Positions 1 through 15,828 are shown, counted from the stretch's first letter. The stretch is DNA of 64,000 nt from Octopus sinensis (GCF_006345805.1 NC_043015.1:62001-126000); one strand, 5' to 3'. Translations and numbers: made by a program. The notes: generated by a model not told the origin, from the letters alone.

Positions 1-158
1 ATCTAATCTTTATATCTATGTGTGTGTATTTGCATATATATGCATATAGTTATATATGTCCGTACATTCGTCTATATATACATACGCACATACATATATA
101 TTCACTTAAATGCATACATACAAATATACATGTATATATATATATATGTTATTATGTG

Positions 159-159
<1 letters not shown>

Positions 160-225
<66 letters not shown>

Positions 226-251
226 ATATATATTATATATATATATATATA

Positions 252-311
<60 letters not shown>

Positions 312-810
312 CTACACGTATAATTTCAAAAGTAACAACAACAAACACAGAAAGCTTTCCAGTACTTTATATCAACAGTTGTTTATAACAATAACAATAT
401 TGAGTTATACAGCTATGTTTATTACTTGTATATTTTCTTTCTTTTTTTGTTTTGTTTTTGTTTTTGTTTTTGTTTATTGAGAAAAAATATCAAGAAAAAC
501 AACAGACAATATAGGAATAAAGACACAACAATAGTAAAAAACAACAACAACAAACATGACAATAAGAAAAACAAAATATACCTCTATTCAAGATAATGTT
601 CAATGTAATAAAAATCTATCAATTGATGTCAATCGATGAAGAAAGAAATTCTGACAAATATTTGAATGGACTCGATTCAGATCGACATTTTTTTAATATT
701 TTTTTTTCATATATCGGTATGCGTATGCTAATCGGAAGCAGACGGACAAAGATAAGCTTACACATATAAACACATACTTGCTTCGATACACCTAAGCTAA
801 TATATCTTCA

Positions 811-896
<86 letters not shown>

Positions 897-965
897 TTTA
901 TATATACATATATATATATACATATATATATACATACATAAATATATATATATATATATACATAC

Positions 966-1013
<48 letters not shown>

Positions 1014-1092
1014 ATTCATGTATGTATATATATACATTTATATTATACATAAATGTGTATATGTATATATATGTATATATATACATATATAG

Positions 1093-1127
<35 letters not shown>

Positions 1128-1134
1128 GTATATA

Positions 1135-1218
<84 letters not shown>

Positions 1219-1340
1219 TTTATAAATACATATATATATATATTTATTTATATGCATGTATTTATGCTTGTGTATATGTGGTTATATATATACAGAAGAG
1301 GTATATCTTTGTATCTATATATATATATATCTACCTATCT
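160..1340. repeat. (CTAT)n and (TA)n microsatellite fields (160-310 and 800-1340)
   Basis: Read directly; source of the YIYI/LSIY-type ORFs. Confidence 0.95.
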
Positions 1341-1614
1341 ATATTTTTATAAAGTAACTATATCAATGGATAAATATATTAACACGCACATACACACACG
1401 CATTGAAACACACACGCATAGAAACACACACACATCCACAACGCACGTGCACGCAGAAATATGTATGTATGTTTATATTTTCCCATGTATATCAATATGT
1501 GTGATTGTGTATCATAAGCTTTATAATTACTTTCATACAATGATATTCAGTAACGATATCGCCTTGGTGAAAAGCCGCAGAAACCGTGAATGATCCTTGA
1601 TATAGGGTAAGGAG

Positions 1615-1942
1615 TAAAGACCCCTTTCAGTCATGAATGTACATGGGATTGCAACTAGAAGCTTACCCTCCGAAGCACAAGTTCGAGCAATGTCGTTTAT
1701 GGGGGACGAACAGTCGCCCATGCATATCCGCCTCTATTCTCGAAGCCACCGATGTCATCCAATGGAAAGGCAAAGGCTGATACAGTTTGGCATCAGTGAC
1801 GTCGTGACATATTTCTACAGCTGAGTGAACAGGAGCAACGTGAAGTAAAGTGTCTTGCTCAAGAACAAAACACAAAGCCCAGTCCGAGAATTGAAATCAC
1901 TAACTCATGATTGTGAGCCCGTCGCTTCAACCACTGAACCTG
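1615..1942 (-). mobile_element. tRNA-derived SINE, family C
   Basis: Reverse complement begins GGTTCAGTGGTTGAAGCG... with a B-box-like segment, then GTTCTTGAGCAAGACACTTTACTTCACGTTGCTCC, shared with the copies at 3145 and 42228. Confidence 0.8.
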
Positions 1943-2065
1943 CCTAAAAACCATGAAATTCGTTCAAGGAGTAGGGCACGACATTACGATGGGTAGCAAT
2001 CCGACCGTGAAGACACATGCAACTATATATCTAAATGCTCAGCCTTCACTAATTTCCCTAACAAA

Positions 2066-2280
2066 GTGGCCAGCCAGCAGAATCATTACTACACTGAGCA
2101 AAATACTTAGCGGTATTTCGTCTGTTTTTATGTTGTGAGTTCAAATTCCACCGGGATCGACTTTGCCTTTCATTCATTTATGGCTGATAAAATAAGGACC
2201 AGTTGAACATTGGGGTCTATGTAATCAACTTAACCTATCCCCTGAAATTGCTGGCACTGTTCCAGAATCTGAAATCAATC
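2066..2280 (+). mobile_element. SINE, family A
   Basis: GCAGAATC...CTTAGCGGTATTTCGTCTG...GAGTTCAAATTCC...GACTTTGCCTTTCAT, matching many other copies in the window. Confidence 0.85.
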
Positions 2281-2301
2281 ATTTTCCCCTAACATGGTTT
2301 G

Positions 2302-2512
2302 TATTCTATTGTGTCTGGGGAGAGTCACTTTCCTTTTGTGCCTTATAATTTAACACAATCACCGGTAAAATTTCCACTTCTTTCTAATTTTACCGGTGAG
2401 TGTGTTAAATTATAAGGCACAAAAAGAAAATGACTCTCCCCAGACACAACAGAATATACTTCAACACACGAACTCACATAAAGAATCTTGCGAACCAAAT
2501 CCAAAAATTTGT
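2302..2512. mobile_element. Fold-back repeat fragment (71-bp inverted arms), probably Penelope-like
   Basis: 2302-2372 is the reverse complement of 2386-2456; the same repeat occurs at 8380-8560. The PLE assignment is inferred from the architecture. Confidence 0.55.
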
Positions 2513-2599
2513 ATTTTTCTCTCTCAATTCCGTCTTTCCCAGTTCCACACTGTTACATATCACACGTTATTTTCCAAATGGGACTGACTACAAAAGTCA

Positions 2600-3130
2600 A
2601 CGTCAAGTACTTCTCAAAAGCGGATTTTCTCGATGAACTGACGGTCCTCATTGCGATGGTCATAATGCCTTTGAGGAATTTGTTCCAACCCTCTGCACTA
2701 CGAGTTAAGATCTCACCTAGGTGTGATTTGCATTTGATACAAAATTACCGTGCTGGGGAGTTAGAATGGGGGCGCGTTAACAACGGTGGATGAGATTCTT
2801 TCAGATAACTTTCCACCTCTTTGCATTCTGAGTTAAAGTACAACAAATGCCTACAAGACGTAAATGGGTGTTAGTATTTACCCCACCACGTGATTTAACA
2901 CCATGCTCTGGAAACTTAGGTGTCATGCATTCGAGCCCTGTTTTTTCGTTAACGTATACCACAATTTGTGCTTCACACCATTCTTGGAAGCCTTATAATG
3001 GGTCATGGACACTAGCTTCCCTCCTTCCGGACAAGAATAAAAATTATAGAGAAAATTCATGGAAGAACGTATTTGTTTCAATGCCGAACCGTGAATCCAG
3101 GTGTATTGAATATGTGGAGGTGGGTGGCTT
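2600..3130 (-). pseudogene. Decayed MULE/Mutator-like transposase fragment
   Basis: Manual translation with frameshifts gives NTFFHEFS, then NAPPF*LPSTVILY...TPR*DLNS/SAEGWNKFLK and QFIEKIR. These resemble the MULE motifs CFFHFSQ, PP.FP..WN.Y, PRTNN..EGWHN and W.FI..LK. Confidence 0.4.
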
Positions 3131-3144
3131 ACTGTTCACGGTTT

Positions 3145-3350
3145 GGGATTAATGATGGTAAGATTGTGGTTTCGATTCCTGGACTGGCGATACGTTGTGT
3201 TCTTGAGCAAAACATTTTATTTCACGTTATTCCAGTCCACTCAGGGGGATAAAATGAGTAATCATGTGATGAACCGGTAGGACAAGTTTATACAGACGGA
3301 AAGCGGGAAACCGGCCCTTTATGAGTCTGCATGACTCGCGAAAGTAACTT
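3145..3350 (+). mobile_element. SINE, family C (5' truncated)
   Basis: GTTTCGATTCC B-box followed by GTGTTCTTGAGCAAAACATTTTATTTCACGTT. Confidence 0.8.
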
Positions 3351-3721
3351 TACATTTACTTTATGCTTTGAAACTCGTGCAAAGGTTTATTCCCCGACAT
3401 ATTTGGGTAGACATAAAATGGTGTGCAACATAGATTTGCAAAAGCTACAATACTTAGGTCTTCAAACTACTACATTACTACCTTTATAAATAGAAGTATT
3501 TATAAAGGTAGTAATGTCATATCTATATAAATTGATATCAAATGGTACTTCAGTTAGTCTGTTAATTAACTATGATGTATACGTCTCTTGTATTACAGTC
3601 TCGGGTGAATCTCTTCATTTGTGTGATTTAAACTCTCAAGTATTCATCTCAAATGTTGTTACAACATAACAATCATATATATGTCAAACACGTAGACAGG
3701 CAAAAATATAGTCTTGTAAGA

Positions 3722-3950
3722 CGGCAAACTGGCAGAATCGTTAGCACACCGGGTGAAATGCCTTGCGGTATTTCGTCTGCCGCTACGTTCTGAGTTCAAA
3801 TTCTGCCGCGGTCGACTTTGCCTTTCATCCTTTCGGGGTCGGTAAATTAAGTACCAGTTACACACTGATGTCGATGTAATCGACTTAATCCGTTTGTCCG
3901 TCCTTGTTTGTCCCCTCTGTGTTTAGCCCCTTGTAGGTAGTAAAGAAATA
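3722..3950 (+). mobile_element. SINE, family A
   Basis: CTGGCAGAATCGTTAGCACACCGGGTGAAATG...GAGTTCAAATTCTGCCG...AGTAAAGAAATA. Confidence 0.9.
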
Positions 3951-3967
3951 TGTATTTCTAATGTTCT

Positions 3968-4185
3968 AAGGCGGTGAGCTGGCAGAAACGTTAGCACGCC
4001 TGACGAAATGCTTAGCGGTCCTTCATGCGTCTTTACGTTCTGAGTTCAAATTCTACCGTGGTCGATTTTGTATTTCATCCTCCCGGGGGTCCATAAATTA
4101 AGTGCCACTTGCGTAATGGGGAAGATCTAATCGACTAGCCCCCTTCCTCAAAATTTAGGGCATTCTGCGTTGAGCCGAAAAGAAA
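3968..4185 (+). mobile_element. SINE, family A
   Basis: GGCGGTGAGCTGGCAGAAACGTTAGCACGCC...GAGTTCAAATTC; lies in tandem with the previous copy. Confidence 0.9.
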
Positions 4186-4297
4186 ATATAGTGTTGGTTC
4201 AATTTTAGGTGTCTTAGAGAAACCTAAAATATTTTCAGTAAAATCGTTAGATGTAGCAAAACGTATTTTTTGTGAATAAAAGAAATAATCTTCTATA

Positions 4298-4470
4298 GGC
4301 GCAGGAGTGGCTGTGTGGTAAGTAGCTTGCTAACCAACCACAGGGTTCCGTGGCATCTTGGGCAAGTGTCTTCTGCTATAGCCCCGGGCCGACCAATGCC
4401 TTGTGAGTGGATTTGGTAGACGGAAACTGAAAGAAGCATGTCGTATATATGTATGTATGTATATATATAT

Positions 4471-4503
<33 letters not shown>

Positions 4504-4718
4504 ATATATTTGTGTGTCTGTGTTTGTCCCTCTAGCATTGCTTGACAACCAATGCTGGTGTGTTTGCGTCCCCGTCACTTAGCGGTTCGGCAAAAAAAGA
4601 CCGATAGAATAAGTACTGGGCTTACAAAGAATAAGTCCCGGGGTCGAGTTGCTCGACTAAAGGCGGTGCTCCAGCATGGCCGCAGTCAAATTACTGAAAC
4701 AAGTAAAAGAGAGTAAGA
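4298..4718 (+). mobile_element. SINE, family B, near full length with internal (TA)/(TG) microsatellite
   Basis: Head GGCGCAGGAGTGGCTGTGTGGTAAGTAGCTTGC, CORE-like CTTGGGCAAGTGTCTT, 3' part ending CAGCATGGCCGCAGTCAAAT.ACTGAAACAAGTAAAAGA. Confidence 0.9.
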
Positions 4719-4914
4719 GTAATCTACACGAGTTTATTATAGTGTGCAACAGCTTTGTTTACATACCATCGTTTATGATAAGAGGATGATGAAAGTGCCC
4801 TTAATGAAAAATAGGGAGGGTATAGACAGACAAGTGCACACTCACATGCACACACAAACACGCACGCACACGTAGACATACATGCATTCATACACACACA
4901 CAAAGACGCCACAT

Positions 4915-6530
<1,616 letters not shown>

Positions 6531-6968
6531 ATCTATCTTGGCCGGTCATGTATACATGAACACACATAGGGGAACATAGGTTTACATGTTGTCTAAGTGC
6601 ACACATATATACATATACATAGATACAAAATATATATATGCATGCACATGTGTATATAGGTATTTATACATGCACATGTGTGTATACGTGTGTGTGTGTT
6701 CGTGTGCGTCTACATATACGGTTATATACATATATTGCAATTGATCTGTGTTATTGATTATTAAGGGATGGCGTGTACACCTTGTCAGAAAAGCGGTGAA
6801 CTTACAATAAAACGGTCCGACAAGTGACTTACTTCCCCTTTTCCACAAATCTGTAACAGAGGAAAGATGTGTTTACTTTCTTATTTACCCCACAGTTATG
6901 AATTGTAACGTTTAAATTTACTTGAATTCACCTGAATTACTTTATAATCCTTATTAGCGTGTGGTTTT

Positions 6969-7140
6969 AAATTTGGGACAAGGCCACTGGGGAATAAGTC
7001 GACTACATTGAGGCAACTGCTTAACTAGGTCATATTTGATCGACCCAAACCGATGAAATGCTTAGCATTTGAAACCGGAACGTTAATACGGGCGAAACGT
7101 CTCCAAGCATTTTGGGTGGTATGCTCAAGTTCGTCACCAG
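6969..7140 (-). mobile_element. Degenerate SINE, family A
   Basis: AAATTTGGGACAAGGCC...GTCGACTACATTG...ATCGACCC...AAGCATTT matches the reverse strand of family A. Confidence 0.6.
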
Positions 7141-7233
7141 GTGGTTGACTTGCGCAGAATACATTAGAATACAAACAACTTCAGCCCAGATTGAGTAGTA
7201 TGTTACTAACTCATGTCAATCTATCTATCTATG

Positions 7234-7352
<119 letters not shown>

Positions 7353-7407
7353 CTGCCTGTCTGTCTGTCTATCTATCTAACTCTCTGTCGATATATGTAT
7401 GTATATA

Positions 7408-7452
<45 letters not shown>

Positions 7453-8168
7453 ATATATACATTATTTTATTATAATCTAATACACACATGCAGTCTTTCA
7501 CACAAAACACACAAATATGTATACGGTGCATGTACTTTTATTTGCACATATACCTGTATACACGCTTATATTCGATTTATAGCATTCAATTTTCACATCA
7601 TTCTGATTTTTAAAAGTTTTCGCTTAAAGATTTCCAGAGCGGGAAACTTTACAGCACAAAAAGAGGAAAATTTAAACAAATAATATACTCTACAATATTT
7701 ATTGAGTACACTCACAATTTATCCTTCAGTAAGTAGGACATTCGATTATGATTATGAATATGGATAGACATATAATATATATATATTATATATATATCTA
7801 TATATATATCACACGGACACAAATAAAATATGAGGGTTGTGAGTGTGTGTGCGTGTATGTGTGAGTGTGGTTATGTGTAACTATATACATTATGGGAATC
7901 AGAGACGTTCTTTAGCTAATTTATCGTTTTCCCATACATCCGCACACTTTTTCACAGGAACGTGACTGTATTTTCCTGACATATATTTGTTCACATGCAT
8001 TCGACTATGCATCTATTCTTTCATTCTGCTTCGAAAGGTATGAATTTCCCACGATTTCGCACTCACACTCGGTGTAAGCATATGCAGATATATATATCAT
8101 AATACCAATACCACGTCTGTGTGCTTTTGTATATATGTGTACAAATAATTATATACATATACAAACAT

Positions 8169-8201
<33 letters not shown>

Positions 8202-8240
8202 TATATATAATAATATATATTATATAGATAGATAGATAGT

Positions 8241-8293
<53 letters not shown>

Positions 8294-8379
8294 CAAATAG
8301 ATAGATAGAAAGATAGATAGATTAACATATAATAGATATAATTATTACATACATATATATATGAAAATTATATATTTCG

Positions 8380-8560
8380 TTTTTGGATTTGGTTTATAAG
8401 ATTCTTTATATGAGTTCGTGTATTGAAGCATATTCTGTTGTGTCTGGGGAGAGCGATTTTCTTTTTGTGCCTTATAATGTAACACACTCACCTGTAAAAT
8501 TTCCACTTTTTTCTTATTTTTGTTTTTCAAAAATTTTCGTTGCGTCTTGCAAAATTTTTT
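8380..8560. mobile_element. Second copy of the 2.3-kb repeat (PLE-like fragment)
   Basis: TATTCTGTTGTGTCTGGGGAGAG...TTTTGTGCCTTATAAT.TAACACA.TCACC.GTAAAATTTCCAC, shared with 2302-2380. Confidence 0.65.
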
Positions 8561-8584
8561 CAATAGTCTTGACTCTTATATATC

Positions 8585-8943
8585 TCTTTACTCTTTTACT
8601 TGCTTCAGTCATTTGACTGTGGCCATGCTGGAGAACCGCCTGTAATCAAGCAAATCGACCCCAGGATTTATTCTTTGTAAGTACGTAATCAATCGGTCTC
8701 TTTTCCCGAACCGCTAAGTTACGGGGACGTAAACACACCTACATCGGTTGTCAAGCGATGTTGGGGGGACAAACACAGACGCACAAGCACACACACACAC
8801 AAGCACACACACATATATATACATATACATATATACGACAGGTCTCTTTCAGTCTCTGTCTACAAAATCCACTCAAGTATATGGTCGGCCCGTGGCTATA
8901 GTGGTTGGCAAGCAAGCTTCTTAACACACAGACACACCTGCGC

Positions 8944-8945
<2 letters not shown>
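8585..8945 (-). mobile_element. SINE, family B
   Basis: Reverse complement of the 4298-4718 copy, with an internal deletion in the head. Confidence 0.85.
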
Positions 8946-8990
<45 letters not shown>

Positions 8991-9057
8991 TACAGACGAC
9001 ATACGTATAATATATATATTTATATACAGAGGACGCATGTATAATAGATATACATTC

Positions 9058-9106
<49 letters not shown>

Positions 9107-9982
9107 TGTGTGTGTGCATATTCTTACAGACACACACTCATACACACGCACATACACAGACACACACATACACACACGTACATATCTTACTGATAAACAT
9201 GTTGGCTATTGTTCTTGTGTAGTGTCAAGATCATTAGACGCACTCGCCATACGCAAAACTTCTGCAAGAAAGTATTGCCGGAATCTCGAGTTTACAACCA
9301 AGCGTGAACCCTAACCCAGATGACATCAGAGGCCTCAGTTACATTTTTGTAGTCTTCCCATATTGTCCATCTACGCCGTTTCATCGTACCCTGGAAGACT
9401 TCTATGCATCTAACAACACGACATATATAACACTTTAAGAATGTTCTTTGTGTTGTATGTTAAAGATCTGTTCTCAAGTTTCACCTTCCGCTATAATTTG
9501 AATTGCACCTTTTGTTGAATAACAAATTCATAAGTTGTTGCACACTGCTGAAATATCTCCAGTTCTCGTTAAAGGTTGTTATATCCTCAGATGATTTATC
9601 TATTTGCATATTTATATATTTACATATTTGACTCTTTCACAATCCACCAATTTTATGTTGGCAACTTAAGGTAATGTACTGTCGTTTGTCGTTTATCACC
9701 GTCTGTCTTGTTCATGTTTTCAATGTTTAGCTTTCACAAGGTCAGACTAGCGGACATTCAAAAGCAATTTGTAAATAAATAAATAAATAAATATAAATAA
9801 ATACATGAATAAATCGATAAATAAATCAATAGATAATAAACGAGTGTTCTGATCTAAGTATATACATACACATGCAATTATATAACCATGTATAATTGCA
9901 TACATATCAACACTCTCAAAAAATCAAGACACTAGCTAAAGTCGTATGCTTATGGCTTTTTTATTTCAAAACTCATATAAAT

Positions 9983-9997
9983 GTAATAATAATAATG

Positions 9998-10051
<54 letters not shown>

Positions 10052-10130
10052 TTAATAATAATAATAATAATTATTATTATTATTATTATCAATATATAAT
10101 AATAATTATTATTATTATTATTATTATTGT
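9983..10130. repeat. (AAT)n/(ATT)n self-inverted microsatellite
   Basis: Read directly. Confidence 0.95.
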
Positions 10131-10601
10131 ATATATGTATATATAAATATATATACGTGTATAAATATATATGTATATATAGACAGACATACATATCTAT
10201 ATGATATATATATATATAACACATATACTCAAAATTAGCAACAAGGATATCCAAAGATAGTGCAGTACAATCGTTTCATGTGACTTCATTTAATTAAACA
10301 ACGCAAGTATTACATCAGTTTTAAAATGTAGAGCAATCTTCAGCTGCATATGGAATTTTTTAGTTAAATTGAATAGATTCATTATTATACTTATTCCATT
10401 TATCAACATTACAAAGGGGGTAGGTAAACAGAGAGAGAAGCAAGTCTCATCAACAGAAACATGGTAGTAAATGATATTTAATCATGGATATATTTTTTAT
10501 CACTGAATTCTACGAACTACTCGAAGCTTACTTACTTCCTACATGTTGATCCTTAGATTTTACATTTACAAATATATACATACTTATATATATATAAAAC
10601 A

Positions 10602-10639
<38 letters not shown>

Positions 10640-11729
10640 TATGTACATGTACATATATCTATAAACATGTATATATATATATGTGTGTGTGTGTGTGCGT
10701 ATGTGTGTATGTATGTATGTATGTATGTATGTGTATGTGTGTATGTGTGTGTGTGCGTGCGTGTGTGTGTGTTATTGGGGTTGTTTAGAATGGCAGGTGC
10801 TTAGATCCGATTAAATTATGCTATTCTTACACAAATGTCTTCTCGGATATGACGATTGTCTCTCATTAGTTAATTTTACCTGATGTTCCCATAACTATTC
10901 CGAAGGTCGGGATGAAGTGAGGAAATGCAATGGATGATAGAGTGTTCTGTTTAAAGTCAGGAGGAAACACCAGCCTCGTACTTGAACTCATGACCTGCAC
11001 TGAAGCACCAAAATTGTTTATCCGCTCAACCATATTACCTTAGTAATACATACGTGGAGGTTATCGCTGTATAGCAATAAAGTACGACCGTTCGTTATGG
11101 CATCTTATATTTTGTCAAAGTGATTGAGATATGGGATTTAAGCAGCTATATCGTGTGAATGCTAGTAATGCCTAATATTCCGCAAAAACTGTAGTTCATA
11201 TTGCCTCATTGGTGCTGCAGTAATTATACACTGCTCTTGCTACATACTATCGCTTCAAAAACATCCGTAGGGATACAGCAAGTGTTAGTGAGATAAATTG
11301 GCTAAAGATTTGTAATTTGTTAATGTGAATAGCTGCCCTGTGATGAATCTTAAGTAACAGATTTGTATATTTTATAACAGGAGGTATATCAACCTGAGTT
11401 CTCACTTTTTGAAGTTTTATTAACTGCTGAATGTCTATCCATTAAAAAGTCAAAGAATTTCAACTAGAAATTACATTTAAAAAAATCTATTAAATACAAC
11501 AGGTAGAAAAAGAGGTTTTGTGATCTTACGGCTTTCGGATAACAGTGAGAAAATTCTATTGGACATCAGTTCAGTCTCCTACCGAATCCACGACATTTGG
11601 AAGCTTAGAGTGGCTTGTACCAATTCAATATATATATATATGTGTGTGCGTGTGTGTGTTTGTATATATATATGCATAATATATATATACACATACATAT
11701 ATATATATAATATATATATATTTATACAT

Positions 11730-11783
<54 letters not shown>

Positions 11784-12249
11784 ATACGTATGTATGTATA
11801 TCGTTGGAGTAATTTACAACATGGTCAAGTTGTTCACGTTTTTTATTATTGTATTTAAAAAAAATTGACATGTTGATGAAATGTTAAAATATTATTAAAC
11901 AGTAAAAAATATACTTAATAGTGTTCATAAAGTTCAATTGGCGCTTTCGTACGTTCGTAGTAATCATCAGATTTATCCATCAATGAATAAATCTACTTTT
12001 AAAATCTTCAAGCAAAATCTTTCATTGAAATTTTGCTGCAGTAAACGAATATTAAAAGAGGGAATTTGGATATAAATTTTTAATACAAAGCTAATAAACA
12101 TCAAATCAAATAAAGTATTGACTTTATGAAAGGAAATCTGAACAGTTTAAAAAATAAAAGACATATTTAAATATATACATATATGCATATACATATATGT
12201 TTATATACATACATACGTCTATACGTGAGTGCTTGTGTGTGTACTTATA

Positions 12250-12284
<35 letters not shown>

Positions 12285-13169
12285 TTATATATATAATATA
12301 CACAATAATTAAAGGAAAATGGAAAGTTCAAATTGGCCTGTTAATTTAACATAATATTATATCATTATTACAAAAATATAGAAATATAAAAATAAATATA
12401 TTCCCTACAAGTCTTTAGTTTCAAACCCCAAACGGAGTAAACTCACATATGAGAACATAATTTAGACTTACAAATATAAACATATATTGATTTAGTCTGT
12501 TTTGCGATTTCAATCTTCTGGTATGCGATATACGATTTTCGTATATTATTCTATATTGTATATATATATATATATATATATAACCCATTGATATTGGAGA
12601 AATTTTTCTACTAAATATCATAAATTAGGTATTGATTCGTTAACCTGTGAAAATTGGATGTTTCACATCCTTATAAAAAGGGGCTTATTTCCTTGCATTT
12701 GATGTATATTTATATATATGTGTAATATGCATAAAGTAAATATTTCGCTTTGTACTGATTTTGGAGGTGCTTTGACCTGAGACTGCGTTGAATCTGAAGT
12801 ATGTCTTCGAAGACACATAACACACATAGAAATACACTCAGAATTATCCTTTCACTTTTATTTCATATGTAATAGTTACAGATAAGAATGTAAGACAGAC
12901 TGAAAGAAAAACAGATGATCACGTGAGGAAAAGAAAGATGGGCGATGGTCGCGTGTGAGCAACGAGAGAGAGTAAAGAAGAAAGAGGAAGAGAGAGAGAA
13001 AATGGTGAAGGGGAGAATAAAGAATTAGTGAAAAGTTGAGAGAGAAAAAGCGAAAGGGTGAGAAGGGGAGAATAACGAATTAGAGAAAGGAAGAGAGAGA
13101 ACAGTTGAGGGAATGCACGTGTGTATGTGTGCGTGTGTGTGTTGTATTGTATATCATATTGTCGATGAT

Positions 13170-13614
13170 GGTCACAATGCTGCTGCTGCTGCTGATGTTG
13201 CTATTCTGCTCCTGCTGTCGTTGTACTTTATGATGGTGATGATGAATATGATCAGGATGATGATAATGATGATTATGATTATGATGATGATGAAGACGGC
13301 GGAGTTGATGATGTTGATGGCAACGACGACGAAAATGATGATGACAGTGTTGGTGATGGTGGTTGTGGTGGTGTCGGTGGTGGTAGTGGTGGTGTTGATT
13401 GCGATCAGGATGATGATGATGATGATGATGATGACGATGATGATGCACTCTTTAATGAGGGCGATGACGTTGTCGTTCATTAACATGCATCTCGTGACTC
13501 TGTCAGCGATGACGCTAATTACTGATGTTACATGTTGCTGGATTGTACTCCCTGAGATGATAACGAACAAGTTCATCATCCAATCATCATCGTCATCATC
13601 ATCATCATCTCCTA

Positions 13615-13686
<72 letters not shown>

Positions 13687-14141
13687 ACATCATCATCATC
13701 ATCATCTTCATCCTTATCATCAACTTCCTTCTTCTCCTCCTTCTCCTCCTTCTTCTTTTCCTTCTCCCCTTCTCCTCCTCCTCCTCATCATCATCATTAT
13801 CATCATCAACAAGAACAACGACAGCCCAACCGTCTCTTACATTAATACTGAAACCAAGGCCACAACCACCACCACCACCACCACCATCACAACCACCACC
13901 ACCACTGCCACCATCTTCAGCACGGTCATCATCGTCACCATCATCGCTTTCTGAGGTGCGGTCATATAAATTAATGCCTGACAGGGTTTCTTGTTTTAAG
14001 AGAGCTGCTTTGTTGTTCTCTAAAACTCTGTACAACAGGTCGTTACCACTGCATTCATTTTATTTGACACTGAATTTACAGTTTTCATTAGTGTTACTAC
14101 CGTTGTTATTAATAATGTTGTTTTTGTTGTTGGAAGCGTTG

Positions 14142-14173
<32 letters not shown>

Positions 14174-14240
14174 GGTGGTTGTGGTGGTGGCGTTTTTGTT
14201 AATGCTGTTGTGGATGCTGAAGTTGATGGTGTAGATGATG
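13170..14240. repeat. Mosaic trinucleotide low-complexity region (GAT/GGT, then CAT/CCT/CCA, then GTT/GGT)
   Basis: Read directly; explains the 373-aa and 287-aa homopolymer ORFs. Confidence 0.9.
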
Positions 14241-14617
14241 ATAACTTCAGGAGACGATTACGTATTAGCTTCTCTTGAACAGATGGGGTATTTCGATTTT
14301 GTCAAAAGCCGATGGAGGCCAGGTGACTTTAGGAGCAATGGCGAAGGTATATTTATGTATACATGTATACACACACAAAGACAGAAACACACATTCGCAT
14401 AGATACACACATACACACCCAGCCAAACAGACAGACAAATATATGGATAGATGTGCATATATACATGTGTGTGTATGTGTCTGTGTTCATATATATGTAT
14501 ATCTATGTATACCTCTTAACATATCAGCGTATATATGTATGTATGCATGAATGTATGTCTGTCAATGTATCTGCGTATAAAAATATGTGTGTATGTGTGT
14601 GTGTGTGTTGTTCATAT

Positions 14618-14748
14618 TCAGACCCCATTCGATCATGAATGACCGTGGAATTGGACCTAGAAAGTTACCTTCCCAGGCACAAGACCGGCAAAATTGTTTA
14701 TGGAAGACCAGCAGTCGCCCACGCATACCGGCCTCCCCTCTCAACCAC
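14618..14748 (-). mobile_element. Internal fragment of SINE family C
   Basis: GACCCC.TTC..TCATGAATG...CCTAGAAAGTTACC...GTCGCCCA.GCATA aligns to 1618-1735. Confidence 0.75.
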
Positions 14749-15254
14749 ACTAATACATATATTAAATTATGCTGGTGTAAGAAGGGGCATTAATATAAAG
14801 CCGTCTAGAGACGTTAATGTCTACACAAATGACACTACATCTCCCTACTACAATGTGACAGCAAGAAAACCCAATTCAAAACTTCACTTCAAACAGAAGA
14901 TGGGACTGCGAAGGTCTAGAAATGATGTTTGTGTCTTTAGGAACTAACTGCACATAGGAAAATATGGACAATCATTGCTATATTATAACAGTGTATGCTT
15001 CTTTCATTCCCTTTGTCACTCACTCATTCGCTCACAAGTTCTCTCGTTCAATACACATACGTATACAGAAAGACATATTTGCAGATACCTTTTACCGCCC
15101 GAGGCATTAACTAAAACGAGTCGCTATTCTCCACAGGCTTGCTATAGCTTCGAAAACTAAAATAAAATATATATCTACATATATATTTAAACAAGTACAG
15201 ATAACTGTGTGTGTATATATGCATACATACAAACATATATATAATATGTATTTC

Positions 15255-15329
<75 letters not shown>

Positions 15330-15828
15330 GTATATATATTATATATATATATATATATATACATATGTATATATATATGTATATATATATATATATGTAT
15401 GTATGTATATTTGTTCCTACCCAGACGCGTACGTGCATATTTGTATATGTGAGTTTTCAATAAATAACATGCGACGATACTCAATACAACATATAATGTA
15501 ACAATTAAATAAATAAAACAATAACAAAAAATAATAAATGTATATTAACATTGACTTGTGTGCTTATTTCTTTATTTATTGTCATGTTTTACTATGTACA
15601 CTACAAGTATATTATTCTCAATTTTTTTTTTTTTGCAAAAATATATAATGTTCGTCTTGACAGACGTACAAGCGTACAAACGTACAAGGTTGTCATATTC
15701 TTAGAAATATCGATTTTGTTAACATTTCACAGCCGGCAGAGCAGCACTGAGTTAAAGGAACTGGCGACATCGATTAAACCAACCACGCCACTCATCACCC
15801 TTGCTACATACATACATACGTACGTACG

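Noticed and set aside
9485-9599. Minus-strand open frame ending at a good donor (GGAAG|GTGAAA)
   Set aside because: The upstream acceptor is purine-rich and the peptide is unrecognisable.
13113-14234. 373-aa ORF, the longest in the window
   Set aside because: Built from serial homopolymer runs in triplet repeats, with an equally long antisense ORF; no domain or splice context.
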